From a virus (taxonomy: Duplodnaviria; Caudoviricetes): a stretch of 62,419 bases of DNA. Positions 37,583 through 48,243 of this stretch are shown in pieces. The DNA lies in the IMG/VR virus record IMGVR_UViG_3300032285_003500, positions 1-62,419 of that record; one strand, written 5' to 3'. Both the position numbers and the translations under genes were made by a program. Each line of letters starts with the position of its first letter. The stretch's first letter is position 1. Under the pieces are notes generated by a model. That model was not told the origin of the DNA. It saw nothing but the letters and a program-made list of their open reading frames with translations, and did not search any database.

Positions 37583-37943
37583 TGTCTACAATTTTCCTCT
37601 TGTTTGGTGCAATGGCACCTTGATTTACTAAATCCTGCACTGTGGGAAAATTCACATCAGCAGCAGGAGTGGCTGGCTGACGTGCAGCACTGGGTCCCAT
37701 TTGATCAGCTTTGAGGTTGGTGCTCTGATTGATCTTTTCCTGCAGGGCACGCTTGGCAGCCCATTCTGCCTCCACTTGTTCCTGGGTTTTGAGAACTGTT
37801 CCGTTATCCCCCAGCAAATCCCCACGCACATTGGTGCGAGTGTTGCCTAGGGTGGGCTGCTTGGAGTTTTGAACTGCCAAAGCGCCAAAATCAATAGTTT
37901 CACCTCTCATGCTGAGAACTGGGCGACGTATAATGCGAGCCAT
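37575..37943 (-). CDS. Hypothetical jumbo-phage protein
   Basis: SMRG..IDF..L..GN..NVRGDLLG..G motif. Confidence 0.7.
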   Translation of the reverse strand: MARIIRRPVLSMRGETIDFGALAVQNSKQPTLGNTRTNVRGDLLGDNGTVLKTQEQVEAEWAAKRALQEKINQSTNLKADQMGPSAARQPATPAADVNFPTVQDLVNQGAIAPNKRKIVDSD

Positions 37944-37945
37944 TT

Positions 37946-38488
37946 TTATTCCTTGGGTAGTTTATTCTTATTTAAGACACGGTCTGGGTCAATTTTAAAG
38001 AACTCAGTCATGCTCAAATCATAGTCTAGAGGATTGATCTTGTTTATACCAATCAGATATAACACAAAACAACTGACACTGCTGCCACGACCCACTCCCC
38101 ATACTCTGTTTTCACTACGCCATTTGTCCACCAAATAGATCAAATGTTTGAAAATGTGCTCTGCTTGTAAATGATCAATTATGGCCAGTTCATCCATGGC
38201 ACGTCTCATCTGCACATCGTTTTTACAACGACTTAGCACATACTCGTTGAGATTGATTTCCTGATAACCGTTGGGAGTAAACCATTTCCTGGCCGCAGCA
38301 TCAGTGCTCTTGAATTCAAAGGGCCAGTTGTCCAAATATCTGCTTACTCTGGCAAATTGATCTTTGCTGACAAGATTCTGCCATTCAAAAATTGCATGAT
38401 CAAGTTTATCCTGATAGGCCAACTCAATAATCCCCTGATTACTCACATGACTTACTCCGGATGAGTCAAACTGCTGTAGCTTGTGCAT
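37946..38488 (-). CDS. Short DNA polymerase III alpha (DnaE)-like fragment
   Basis: R..EL..YLVD..WGVGRGSSVSCFVLYLIGINKINPLDYDL..F matches the DnaE GRGS region; only 180 aa. Confidence 0.8.
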   Translation of the reverse strand: MHKLQQFDSSGVSHVSNQGIIELAYQDKLDHAIFEWQNLVSKDQFARVSRYLDNWPFEFKSTDAAARKWFTPNGYQEINLNEYVLSRCKNDVQMRRAMDELAIIDHLQAEHIFKHLIYLVDKWRSENRVWGVGRGSSVSCFVLYLIGINKINPLDYDLSMTEFFKIDPDRVLNKNKLPKE

Positions 38489-38491
38489 CCA

Positions 38492-38788
38492 CTATGATAC
38501 GGGAGTAAAATTCTTATTGCGAGGATTTTTGTCTTCGGGCACAGGGTCATCAGGCAATGGGTCGGTGTTCACCACAACTGAATTGGGAGTGCTTTTTGTA
38601 TTGAGTGCCAAGAAACGCTCCTCTTGTTCCTGAAGAATGCTATCCAACAACAATTCCAATTGATCCCAAATCTGTGGATTTTCAATACCATTACGACGCA
38701 GGATTTGCATACGTTTCATAATTTCGCTCTTGCGCTTTTCCATCTCTTCAAAGCTGGCAGTCTTCAAGTTACTCTCTAGTGGATGCAT
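38492..38788 (-). CDS. Hypothetical helical protein
   Basis: 98-aa ORF in the operon. Confidence 0.6.
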   Translation of the reverse strand: MHPLESNLKTASFEEMEKRKSEIMKRMQILRRNGIENPQIWDQLELLLDSILQEQEERFLALNTKSTPNSVVVNTDPLPDDPVPEDKNPRNKNFTPVS

Positions 38789-38791
38789 TTT

Positions 38792-39052
38792 TTACCCGCT
38801 TCTTGCACGTTTTGCAGCAAACATGGGATTGGTTATTTTCCAACCACTGCCACATTTACTGCAAAACAATTCAACGTTTTTGAATATGGCATTGTCTATC
38901 TGTAGCTGTGTTTGATTATTACAGTTTACACAGGTGAAGTCAAACTTGCTGTTGGGTGGATTTCCTTGGAGGTCAATGCTTTCTGCCACGTAATTCACCG
39001 TTTCACGACGAATACGCTTTTTACCTCCAGGAAACTCTATGATGTTGTTCAT
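38792..39052 (-). CDS. Zinc-ribbon protein
   Basis: CVNC and CSKC pairs; TAAATA upstream. Confidence 0.65.
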   Translation of the reverse strand: MNNIIEFPGGKKRIRRETVNYVAESIDLQGNPPNSKFDFTCVNCNNQTQLQIDNAIFKNVELFCSKCGSGWKITNPMFAAKRARSG

Positions 39053-39178
39053 GTTGTGTGCCGCATCGCAAATATTTAGAGGCTGATTCACATACAGCCT
39101 GGTAATGGGCTAGTTTTGGCGCTATCTGAAAGTTGTGCTTAGTAGCGTAAATATAGCACATGACCAGCGAGAACTCAC

Positions 39179-39508
39179 ATGACATACACTACACCTAAAA
39201 TATTTGCTCAGGCCAAACCCAGTGACACGCTCAACAGCACCCTCCTTTATAGTGTGCCTGGAGGTGCAAGCGCACAGGTAACACTTTTTGTTTGTAATCA
39301 GAGCAACAGTGCGGAATTCTTCCGCATTGGACTAGTTCCTGCAGGATTTACACTAGCCACACAAAGATACATCGCCTATGACACTGCCATAACAGGCAAC
39401 GGTATATTCAGTGTTGCCAGCATTGGCTTGACTGGTGGTGACGCAATTTGGATACGTAGCAGCAACGGAAACCTGAGCTTCACTGCCACAGGCATGGAGT
39501 TTACCTGA
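39179..39508 (+). CDS. Small virion-associated beta-rich protein
   Basis: LYSVPGG..VTLFVCN..YIAYD..LSFTATG.E; late promoter. Confidence 0.65.
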   Translation: MTYTTPKIFAQAKPSDTLNSTLLYSVPGGASAQVTLFVCNQSNSAEFFRIGLVPAGFTLATQRYIAYDTAITGNGIFSVASIGLTGGDAIWIRSSNGNLSFTATGMEFT

Positions 39509-39559
39509 TCACTGTGAAAACTATTCTAAATATTCAACTATTTTCCTAGGACAAGTTTT

Positions 39560-42160
39560 ATGGACACTGGTAAACTTACCATTCGCGGCACAATAGACGC
39601 AAGCAATAACACTGCCAGCTTTGTTCTGCCCAAAGGCACGACTGCCCAACGCCCCTCCAGCCCCACTGGCGGCATGATGCGTTACAACACAGATATAAAT
39701 CAAATCGAAACATGGGATGGAAGCATTTGGGTGCGAGTGGGCGGCACTGGCACAACTGGTACAACTGGCTCAGGAGCCACAGGAGCCACAGGAGCCACAG
39801 GCTCCACAGGAGCTCCAGGATCTGCTTCCAACACCGGAGCAACTGGTGCCAGTGGAATAGGCCCCACAGGAGCTACAGGAGCCACAGGAGTCCCTGGATC
39901 TGCTTCCAACACTGGGGCAACTGGGGCTACAGGTCCTGTGGGCTGGACGGGTCCCACAGGCGTGGCTGGGGCTGCGGCCAATACTGGTGCAACTGGCTCA
40001 ACTGGAACAACTGGAGGCAGTGGTGCCACAGGAGCCACAGGGGCCAAAGGAGATTCTGGCTCTGCAGGAGTGCCAGGGCCCTCTGGAGTTACGGGCGCCT
40101 CAGGTTCACAAGGTCCATCAGGACCAACTGGAGTGCAGGGCCAAACTGGAGCCACAGGCAACCAGGGGTTGACAGGAGCCACTGGTAGAACAGGCGCCAC
40201 AGGTGCAACTGGCACAAACGGCACTGGGGTTACTGGAGCAACAGGCGCCCCTGGAACAGCCGCCAACACTGGTGCAACTGGGGTCACTGGCCCCACAGGG
40301 GGTGGAGGTGCAAGCCTGCCTATCAGCAGTGCTGATGTGACCTTCTTGCAGGCGGGCACTAGTGCAGTTTCACGCACTGGTCAGTCCAAGTATCGCGATG
40401 TGGTGTCAGTATTGGATTTTGGTGCAGTGGGTGATGGCACAACTGATGACACAACTGCCATACAGAATGCACTGAATACGAAAAAGAATGTTTACCTGCC
40501 ACCTGGAAGATATTTGGTCACATCCGGACTTGCCATGACTTCTAACGGTCAAAGGATGTATGGGGAAAGTGGTTTTGGTCCATTTGCCCTTACTGAGGTG
40601 TCGGCAGCAACAACCGCCTGCACTTTTATTGAATGGGGAGCTCCCAATGACGGTGCGGAAAGAAATGTTATCACCATTGATGAACTAGCACATTGCATAA
40701 TTGAATCCCTTGTTATTCGAAGAAGTCCTGCCCAATTTTCAAATCAGCTTACAAATGGCCACGCTGTGGTGTTTAAGAACTCATACTGTTCCGAAGTGAG
40801 AACATGCAGAATCACAGGCACGGGCAACGGCATTTCCATGTGGGGCACAGGCAATCAGGTGATCGATTGTGAACTGAGGGCGTTTTACGGAAGTTATGGG
40901 GTAAGATATTTTGGCACCGCAGCCAAACCCAGCCTTCGCGGTGTGCTTCAACGAGTTGTTTCAGATCAAGTAGATGCATTTGCTTACGGAGTTCCCACTT
41001 CTTTCACTCATGTGGAATATGACAGTTATGCTCACAGTCTGATCATTGAGGCATGTGCTCTGCTCCAAGGCAACACCGCAATTTATATGCATGATAGCAT
41101 AGGCCTAGCAGACTCCTGGCCCACGTGGATACATGCTTTTGACGTAGAGTGTGATCATCAATATGGCACAGGAATAATTTTAAGTGGAGGGGAAGGTTGT
41201 TTTATTACCACAAGTTGGATTGGCTCCACTTACTTGGGCAATGGCATTGTCACACAAGGAAATTGGCGCGGTGAACTACTGGTCACCAATAGCCGCATTT
41301 TGGGCAATGCCCAGTATGGCATTTTGTTGAATGCTGGCGTTGATGCATGCATAAACAACAATATTATCAGCGCCAACTCCCAACACACCGCAGGTTGTGC
41401 AAATGTGGGAGTGGGAGTCAATGTGAGCAAATTTGCTATCACAGGTAATAAGATTGGTGGCGACATCGTTGGCAACGTGGGTCCACAAACTTATGGTATA
41501 TACATTGTGGGTGGCACAACTGATTATTATCAAATAGTGGGTAATGTTATTGTTGGTAGCACCACTGCCATCTCGGATGGCGCTACTAGTGCCACCAACA
41601 AGATTGTTCAAGACTTTACTGTAAACGGCGGCGGCCTAAAAATGACCGGCAACCTGATTGCTGCCAGTCTTGTTCCACTGGCTGACAATACCTACGATCT
41701 TGGCGGACTGCCTGGATCTCGTTGGGCAAACGTTTATGCTGCCAACGGCACCATCAACACAAGTGACGCATCTTTAAAAACCAACATTTCTCCACTGCCC
41801 ACAGTATTGACAATTATTGAGGACATTGATCCCGTAACCTTCAAGTGGATTTCAGGTGGACTTGTGCAAGAAAAGAGAGTCACCCGGAAACAATTTCCTG
41901 TGCTGGGTGGTGAAGGATTTGTGGAACAAGATGTGGAGGAAACAGTTTATGTGGATAGACCGGGCAAGCGCACCCATTGGGGCTTCCTGGCATCTGATGT
42001 GAAGGCTGCCTTTGACAAAACTGGCATGGACTTTGGTGGTTATGTAAAAGATGAACAGGGCACTGAGCATCTGAGACCAGACCAGTTGATCCCCGTTCTG
42101 TGGAAAGCTGTGCAGGAATTGAAGGCAGAAATAGATATCCTCAAAGCTTCCAAATCGTAA
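39560..42160 (+). CDS. Tail fibre/spike: collagen, pectate-lyase-3-type beta-helix and S74 chaperone
   Basis: [31 protein letters not shown]; [28 protein letters not shown]. Confidence 0.88.
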   Translation: MDTGKLTIRGTIDASNNTASFVLPKGTTAQRPSSPTGGMMRYNTDINQIETWDGSIWVRVGGTGTTGTTGSGATGATGATGSTGAPGSASNTGATGASGIGPTGATGATGVPGSASNTGATGATGPVGWTGPTGVAGAAANTGATGSTGTTGGSGATGATGAKGDSGSAGVPGPSGVTGASGSQGPSGPTGVQGQTGATGNQGLTGATGRTGATGATGTNGTGVTGATGAPGTAANTGATGVTGPTGGGGASLPISSADVTFLQAGTSAVSRTGQSKYRDVVSVLDFGAVGDGTTDDTTAIQNALNTKKNVYLPPGRYLVTSGLAMTSNGQRMYGESGFGPFALTEVSAATTACTFIEWGAPNDGAERNVITIDELAHCIIESLVIRRSPAQFSNQLTNGHAVVFKNSYCSEVRTCRITGTGNGISMWGTGNQVIDCELRAFYGSYGVRYFGTAAKPSLRGVLQRVVSDQVDAFAYGVPTSFTHVEYDSYAHSLIIEACALLQGNTAIYMHDSIGLADSWPTWIHAFDVECDHQYGTGIILSGGEGCFITTSWIGSTYLGNGIVTQGNWRGELLVTNSRILGNAQYGILLNAGVDACINNNIISANSQHTAGCANVGVGVNVSKFAITGNKIGGDIVGNVGPQTYGIYIVGGTTDYYQIVGNVIVGSTTAISDGATSATNKIVQDFTVNGGGLKMTGNLIAASLVPLADNTYDLGGLPGSRWANVYAANGTINTSDASLKTNISPLPTVLTIIEDIDPVTFKWISGGLVQEKRVTRKQFPVLGGEGFVEQDVEETVYVDRPGKRTHWGFLASDVKAAFDKTGMDFGGYVKDEQGTEHLRPDQLIPVLWKAVQELKAEIDILKASKS

Positions 42161-42260
42161 CCATGCCCACTTGGGATGCTGTCTTACCTGACAGCATCCT
42201 GCACATGATCCTTTGCCAATTTGGTGCTGCGGTAAGATCAGAACCTGTAAATAGTCAGTC

Positions 42261-42839
42261 ATGACAGCCTACGTACAGATAATAGTTCCACAAGAATTTA
42301 CTCCACAGCAGATCAAAACTTGGTTTGCTACTGTGGAAAATAATTTGCCCAGTGGATTGATTAGCAGCACCAGCCTTGAACAAAAGGGCCAAGTGCGCAA
42401 CAGTAAGTTTTTTCACAAACAAACTGCCAATAAAAAACATGCATATGTGATCCCCCTTGTGCGCGATCTGGATGCCAGTGAAGTACACAGCATACTAAAA
42501 AACTGGTGCGAAATCTATAGTGATGGAGACTTCACCTTTGACTACAGTCAAAGTGAGGGCATCAAGAGTGCTCCTCCACCCAGCCTAGAACAACACAAGA
42601 TTGATCAAGTGTTGGATGCATGGGCCAAGCATCAGCATCAGGCTTGGATGAAACGCCACACTGATCAGGGTTGGAGATATGGTGTGCGACTCAGCAGCAA
42701 GCACAAGACCCATCCTTGGATACAACCTTGGGAAATATTACCATCCCAGGCACGGGAAATCAACATCAAGGGTGTAAAAGATCTGCTCCATATCCTCAAT
42801 GACTTTGGATATACCCTAGTGCAAAAAGCCGAATCCTAA
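42261..42839 (+). CDS. RyR-domain protein
   Basis: AKHQHQAW..QGWRYG..KTHPWIQPWEILP. Confidence 0.8.
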   Translation: MTAYVQIIVPQEFTPQQIKTWFATVENNLPSGLISSTSLEQKGQVRNSKFFHKQTANKKHAYVIPLVRDLDASEVHSILKNWCEIYSDGDFTFDYSQSEGIKSAPPPSLEQHKIDQVLDAWAKHQHQAWMKRHTDQGWRYGVRLSSKHKTHPWIQPWEILPSQAREINIKGVKDLLHILNDFGYTLVQKAES

Positions 42840-42942
42840 GTAGACAAAATGCGCCTTTATCAGCTATAAATATTCTGTCAGCAAAATGTTGACAGTTTAT
42901 AGTCGTGTGGCAGTCAAGTCCACACAGTGAAAGGCAACAGTA

Positions 42943-43674
42943 ATGAACAATGTTCATATCGCAGCGGCATTCCCTGCACAAAATCTCCACACATTCAAAG
43001 CACACACCGCTGGCAATAACGGAACACTCATCGCAGTTATTCTGGATGAAAGTGGCAGCATGACAAGCTGCCGTGCAGCCACCATTAGCGGCTTCAACGA
43101 GTTTGTGCAAGGTCAACGTAGTGCCAGTGGGGCAGGTGAAGCTTATCTGAGCCTCATCAAGTTTGACGCTCCACATATCAAGAAGGTCTATGAGAACGTG
43201 CATGTGGGCAGTGTGCCCATGTTGAACAATGAAACCTATGCACCCAATGGTGGCACCAACCTCATGGATGCCATTGGTCAAACGCTCAACGGTGTTAACG
43301 CTGTGCTGGCTGGTCACGCACAGGAGGCTAGGCCTGGAGTGCTGGTGGTGATCATCACTGATGGTCAGGAAAACAGCAGCCGTGAATACAACGGTGATCA
43401 GATCAAGAGCATGGTGAAGGCTGCAGAAGAGTCAGACTGGACATTCACCTTCCTGGGCGCCAATGTGGACGCCTTCAGCATGGGCAGCACTTTTGGTATG
43501 AATGCCAGCAACAGCATCAACTACAGCACTTCCAGCATGGCCGCCACCATGGACGTGCTCACCAAAACAACTGTAAATCTGCGCACAGCCAAGATGGCTG
43601 GAACCAGCACTGCTGAAATCTACTCTCAGAGTCTATACAGCAATGCAGATCGCAGCCGCACCATGGGCAAGTAA
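42943..43674 (+). CDS. von Willebrand A domain protein
   Basis: MIDAS DESGSM, T.L.DAIG, ITDGQENSS and FLGAN motifs. Confidence 0.9.
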   Translation: MNNVHIAAAFPAQNLHTFKAHTAGNNGTLIAVILDESGSMTSCRAATISGFNEFVQGQRSASGAGEAYLSLIKFDAPHIKKVYENVHVGSVPMLNNETYAPNGGTNLMDAIGQTLNGVNAVLAGHAQEARPGVLVVIITDGQENSSREYNGDQIKSMVKAAEESDWTFTFLGANVDAFSMGSTFGMNASNSINYSTSSMAATMDVLTKTTVNLRTAKMAGTSTAEIYSQSLYSNADRSRTMGK

Positions 43675-43676
43675 TC

Positions 43677-44438
43677 ATGCGCGACCGTAATCAGCAATAT
43701 GAAGTGGTGGTGCGACCCAAAGGGCGCACACCAGCAGATGAATATCAGCACAGAGGCGAAACCTTTATTGAAGGTCGATCCAACAGCTGGTATGAGATTG
43801 AACTTGTAAACCATACTCATGTTCGTTGTCTAGCTGTACTCAGTGTGGACGGTGTAGGTGTAATTGATGGAGAATCAGCAAGTTATGACAGCAAGGGCTT
43901 TGTTTTGGAGGCCTATGGCCGAACCACAGTGCCTGGCTGGCTCATGAACAGTAAGCAGGCTGCCAAGTTTGTGTTCAGTAGTGTGGGCAAGAGTTATGCT
44001 GAACAATCCGGCAAGGGTGGTAATCCTGGTGTGATTGGTGCAGCATTCTTTCCAGCCAAGCATGACATGGTGACTAGTGCCACACTATTGTACCAAAACT
44101 CCCCTATGACTCAGGGAGTTCCTAACAGCGCAGTGCGTGCTTATAATTTAAGCACCCTTAGCCCAGTGTCCAACTCTTTGAGCAGTAGCAGTGCTAGTGT
44201 AGGCACAGGCTGGGGTGAGAGTGTGATGTTCAACACCACACAAACTCACTTCTCCAAGGCCAGCCACACACCGGCTGCTGTGATGGTGATCAGATACGAC
44301 AGTGCTGACAACTTGCAGGCCATGGGCATACGGTTGCGTGATCGTTACAGTAGTGGCAGTCAGGCATTTCCAGCCAACAGTCCAGGAGGCTACTGTAAGC
44401 CGCCGCCAGTTTGGGTGCGTAACAAAACAGGATCGTAA
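43677..44438 (+). CDS. Hypothetical protein following vWA
   Basis: VLSVDG..V.DG..GFVL..GW..F.F..SYA..GVIGAAFF..GTGWGE pattern. Confidence 0.7.
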   Translation: MRDRNQQYEVVVRPKGRTPADEYQHRGETFIEGRSNSWYEIELVNHTHVRCLAVLSVDGVGVIDGESASYDSKGFVLEAYGRTTVPGWLMNSKQAAKFVFSSVGKSYAEQSGKGGNPGVIGAAFFPAKHDMVTSATLLYQNSPMTQGVPNSAVRAYNLSTLSPVSNSLSSSSASVGTGWGESVMFNTTQTHFSKASHTPAAVMVIRYDSADNLQAMGIRLRDRYSSGSQAFPANSPGGYCKPPPVWVRNKTGS

Positions 44439-44442
44439 CAAG

Positions 44443-44464
44443 AATAGGGCAGAAATGCCCTATT
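44443..44464 (+). terminator. Rho-independent terminator
   Basis: AATAGGGCA-gaaa-TGCCCTATT followed by a T-rich tail. Confidence 0.7.
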
Positions 44465-44494
44465 TTCTCCTGCCTGATCAAACAAATAAAGGTG

Positions 44495-44522
44495 TTGACA
44501 TCTAGTCTATATGTGCTATCAT
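44495..44522 (+). promoter_or_regulatory. Early promoter TTGACA-N16-TATCAT, probably giving a leaderless mRNA
   Basis: Read directly; ATG at 44529 lies 6 nt after the -10. Confidence 0.65.
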
Positions 44523-44528
44523 GAACTC

Positions 44529-45098
44529 ATGAACAGAGAACAACTCCTTCGCGATCCCCTGGTTGTGCGTGCCATTGAATTTGCCACGGCTGCACATGAG
44601 TCAATTGGGCAACGTCGCAAGTATAGCGATGAGCCATACATCGTGCATCCTCTGGATGTAATCGAGATCCTGCTCAAGTTCTCGTCACATCCAGTCACGG
44701 CTGAAATGCTCGCCGCCGCTGCGTGTCATGATGTGGTGGAAGATACGCCTGTGACGCTGGAGCAAGTGCAAGCTGAGTTTGGGCCAGATGTGGCAGTGCT
44801 GGTGGAGGCGCTTACAGATGTGAGCCGTCCTGAGCACGGTAATCGTCGCGCTCGCAAGGCTCTGGATCTGGCTCACACGGCTGCCGCCCCTGTGGCTGCT
44901 AAGACTGTCAAGCTGGCTGATCTTATCAGCAATGCTAGAAGCATTGTGGCGCATGACCCTGGATTTGCAAGGGTGTGGCTGCGTGAAAAGGCTGCCATTC
45001 TGGAGGCATGTGCTGATGCTGATCCTGGACTGTTGGCTGAAGCGCAGCGAGTGCTGAATGTGAGTCTGGCTGCACTTGCCCATCGCAGAGGCAAGTAA
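44529..45098 (+). CDS. HD-domain small alarmone hydrolase ((p)ppGpp hydrolase/MESH1-like)
   Basis: AH..QRRK..PYIVHP, HDVVEDT, LTD and VKLAD..SN motifs. Confidence 0.88.
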   Translation: MNREQLLRDPLVVRAIEFATAAHESIGQRRKYSDEPYIVHPLDVIEILLKFSSHPVTAEMLAAAACHDVVEDTPVTLEQVQAEFGPDVAVLVEALTDVSRPEHGNRRARKALDLAHTAAAPVAAKTVKLADLISNARSIVAHDPGFARVWLREKAAILEACADADPGLLAEAQRVLNVSLAALAHRRGK

Positions 45099-45143
45099 AA
45101 ATCACACCCTTGAGTTCAACATTCGACAGAATAGGAAGCAAAA

Positions 45144-45593
45144 ATGATTTATCTGGAAGGTGATCTAATCCAAGCACCACAGACTGTGATTGTGCATGGG
45201 TGCAACAACCGCGGTGTAATGGGCAGTGGAGTGGCACGACAAATTCGTGCTCGCTGGCCCTTGGCCTATGAAGTTTATAATATTCAGTTTACCCAGGCAG
45301 GTCTGGCACTGGGCTCGCTTGTGAATGTGCAAACTGAGGATGGAAAAATCATTGTCAATGCTATCACACAAGATGGCTTTGGTGGCGATGGTGCCATGTA
45401 TGTGAGCTATGATGCAATTGAGCAATGTTTTATTGCACTCAATGATTACATGAGGGACTGGAACCTGCAAGAGGCAGCCCTTCCGCGCATTGGCGCAGGC
45501 TTGGGAGGTGGTGACTGGCAGGTGATTGAACAGATTATCAATAGCACAGCCACCAACTACACTCCTGTGGTGTATGATTTCGTGCCCTTGTAA
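45144..45593 (+). CDS. Macrodomain protein (ADP-ribose processing)
   Basis: GDL, HGCN..GVMGSGVA, NAITQ and PRIGAGLGGGDW motifs. Confidence 0.9.
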   Translation: MIYLEGDLIQAPQTVIVHGCNNRGVMGSGVARQIRARWPLAYEVYNIQFTQAGLALGSLVNVQTEDGKIIVNAITQDGFGGDGAMYVSYDAIEQCFIALNDYMRDWNLQEAALPRIGAGLGGGDWQVIEQIINSTATNYTPVVYDFVPL

Positions 45594-45640
45594 TATTTGA
45601 GTGATAGGTTTATACACATGCACTTGGAATAAATAAGTGC

Positions 45641-46540
45641 ATGTGTATTATTATTGGCAAATGGTTTCCAGAAACTGGCTGGATTGGAATAAAAAACAGA
45701 GATCGCAACTATATCCCGGAAATCAGTTTCCGTAAAAAGCGCAGTGATGGTATAGAGATACTTTATTTTTGGGATGATGTTACCCAATACTGTGAGGGTT
45801 TGAACAGCGCAGGAGTTTGCGTGCTGAGTGCCAGTCTCATGGTCAAAGACGATGAAAAAGAAATCACGGTTCGTGTCAAGCAGCCCAGCAAAGATGGTGT
45901 AAAGATCAAGAAGGCTCTCAAGTGTGCTGACGTGCGCTCCTGTGCAGAAAGCTTGGTGGAACAAAAGTTGCCTGGAAATACTCTGGTGTTTGATAAAGAC
46001 ACTATGATACTCATTGAGGGTTGCTGGCGCCCAGGTGAATATGACAGCCAAGGGTATGACTACAAAATGCAGGAAATACCCACTCATGAAACGGTTATAA
46101 GAACAAATCATGGAGTTCTGTTGCCCTGGGCTGGTTATCAACGTGGGGATAGCCCTCAACAAACAATGAGCCGTATCAGCAGCGAAAGCAGACGCAATAT
46201 TGCACAACTGGCCTGCCAAGACTGCACTACTGCGCATGACGTGTTGGATAATCTCACAAAAGATTACACAGGTAACGGACAGTTGAATGCACTACGCACC
46301 AGCACAGACAAGAAAAAGATGCGCACCACCAGCCAAATACTAGTAGTGCCCCAAGAATGCACCATGTATGTGCGTCCTGTTCAAAGCAACATGGACTATA
46401 ATTTTTGGAAGTTGAATGACCCTGCACAACAGACCTGGGTTGAGCTACTCAGTAACAGAGTGCTGTATAATCATCTCAACAATGTGGACAGAGATGACAA
46501 GCCCACCTTTAAGAAAAATCTAAACCATAAAACTAAATAA
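45641..46540 (+). CDS. Ntn-hydrolase-like protein (N-terminal Cys)
   Basis: M-C-I-I..KNRD, EGLN..G and RTNH motifs; TAAATA upstream. Confidence 0.65.
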   Translation: MCIIIGKWFPETGWIGIKNRDRNYIPEISFRKKRSDGIEILYFWDDVTQYCEGLNSAGVCVLSASLMVKDDEKEITVRVKQPSKDGVKIKKALKCADVRSCAESLVEQKLPGNTLVFDKDTMILIEGCWRPGEYDSQGYDYKMQEIPTHETVIRTNHGVLLPWAGYQRGDSPQQTMSRISSESRRNIAQLACQDCTTAHDVLDNLTKDYTGNGQLNALRTSTDKKKMRTTSQILVVPQECTMYVRPVQSNMDYNFWKLNDPAQQTWVELLSNRVLYNHLNNVDRDDKPTFKKNLNHKTK

Positions 46541-46633
46541 TTCTGATCCCAAGAACGAAAAATACTGATTGACGTACACATGCACCGATGCTGGAAATCC
46601 AGTCCCATCGGTAATCAGCTTAGGAGATCAGCC

Positions 46634-46846
46634 ATGATTGTTTATAGTGCTAGTCCTGATCAAGCTCTGGTTGTAGAACCAGGCGAACGTTTGGTTTATG
46701 GTGACAGTGAACACCTGCTCCAGGGTTTTGGAGAAGTGCATTTGAGCAGCACAGGACAACTTGTTGTAAATGGACAACCTGTAAACAGTGTGATCCGCCG
46801 TTATGTTTATGTGAGAAAGCTGGGTTATTCACAAAACCGCAGCTGA
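46634..46846 (+). CDS. Small hypothetical protein
   Basis: AGGAG SD before ATG 46634. Confidence 0.55.
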   Translation: MIVYSASPDQALVVEPGERLVYGDSEHLLQGFGEVHLSSTGQLVVNGQPVNSVIRRYVYVRKLGYSQNRS

Positions 46847-46858
46847 GCCCTAAAAAGG

Positions 46859-46886
46859 TTGACAGGTTCACATGTGATGCTATACT
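46859..46886 (+). promoter_or_regulatory. Early promoter TTGACA-N16-TATACT
   Basis: Read directly; TGC before the -10; AAGGAG SD downstream. Confidence 0.75.
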
Positions 46887-46908
46887 CAGGGCACACAAGG
46901 AGATACCC

Positions 46909-48243
46909 ATGAATTCACCAGCTGATGTAATTGAGCTGATTGCGGCCACCAACAGTCGCAATGAAAAGGAAGCTATTCTGCAACAAGCCTGGGACGAGGG
47001 TCAGCTGGAGTTTTTCACTGGTGTGAAAATGGCTCTGGACAACATGATCACTTTTGGTGTTCAGAAAGTTCCCTTGATTGAGGAAGATGATGGCACTGAA
47101 GGGGATTTTTGTTGGGCTGATTTCCAAATGCTGGCAGACAATCTGAGCAGCCGCAAGCTCACAGGCAACGCTGCACGTGATGCTATTCATGATGCTGCCC
47201 TGGTGGCCAATGCACGTGAATGGAATTTGTGGTATCGCCGTTTGCTGCTCAAGGACTTGAAGTGTGGTTTGACAGAAACCACCATCAACAAGGTGCTGGA
47301 TGCCAATGGCAAGTCAGGCAAGCTCTACAAGGTGCCAGTGTTCAGCTGTCAGCTGGCCAAGCCTGCTGACGACAATCCCAAAAAGATGGTGGGTGAAAAG
47401 CTGCTGGATCGCAAGTATGACGGTGTGCGTCTGCTCACAGTGGTCACACGCTCGGGTGATGTTCGTCAGTTCACTCGCAATGGTTTGGAAAACACCAACT
47501 TTGGCCATATTTGTGACATGCTAAAAGGATTGAGCAAGGTGCTCACAGAGGATGTGGTTTTGGATGGTGAAGTTATCAGCCACAACTTCCAAGCTCTCAT
47601 GAAGCAGGTGAATCGCAAAGACGATGTGAACACCAAGGACAGCCGACTCATGCTGTTTGACATTATTCCGCTCAAGGCTTTCCGTGCTGGAGAATACAAT
47701 GTGGCACAGGCTGATCGCCACAATGCATTGTGTGAACTGATCCCGCAATTTCAACAGCTCACAGATGGGGTGGTGAGTGTGGAGCCCAAGCTCAAGGTGA
47801 ATCTGAGCACTGACGCAGGACGCAAAGCCATGTCAGAGTTCAATCGTCAGGTGCTGGAAGAGGGCTTGGAGGGCGTGATGGTCAAGGATCCCACTGCTTC
47901 CTACAAAACCAAGCGCACAGATGGCTGGCTCAAGATCAAGCCCTTTCAAACTTACGACTTGACTATTGTTGCTGTTGAAGAAGGTCAAGGGAAATTTGAA
48001 GGCACCCTAGGCGCAATCGTTTGTGAAGGAGAGGACAACGGCAAACAGATTCGCGTAAACGTGGGCAGTGGCTACAGTGAAGAGCTGCGGGACCAGATCT
48101 GGAAGGCGGGCAAGCAGGTGTTGGGTCGTGTTGTGGAAATAAAGGGCGATGCCCTGACTATGGATCAGAATCAGCACACATGGAGCCTGCGCTTTCCTGT
48201 GTTCCTACAGTTCCGTGGTTGGAATCCGGGAGAGAAGATCTGA
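46909..48243 (+). CDS. ATP-dependent DNA ligase
   Basis: KYDGVR, LDGEV, FDI, EGVMVK, WLKIK, VGSG and LRFPVF motifs. Confidence 0.95.
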   Translation: MNSPADVIELIAATNSRNEKEAILQQAWDEGQLEFFTGVKMALDNMITFGVQKVPLIEEDDGTEGDFCWADFQMLADNLSSRKLTGNAARDAIHDAALVANAREWNLWYRRLLLKDLKCGLTETTINKVLDANGKSGKLYKVPVFSCQLAKPADDNPKKMVGEKLLDRKYDGVRLLTVVTRSGDVRQFTRNGLENTNFGHICDMLKGLSKVLTEDVVLDGEVISHNFQALMKQVNRKDDVNTKDSRLMLFDIIPLKAFRAGEYNVAQADRHNALCELIPQFQQLTDGVVSVEPKLKVNLSTDAGRKAMSEFNRQVLEEGLEGVMVKDPTASYKTKRTDGWLKIKPFQTYDLTIVAVEEGQGKFEGTLGAIVCEGEDNGKQIRVNVGSGYSEELRDQIWKAGKQVLGRVVEIKGDALTMDQNQHTWSLRFPVFLQFRGWNPGEKI

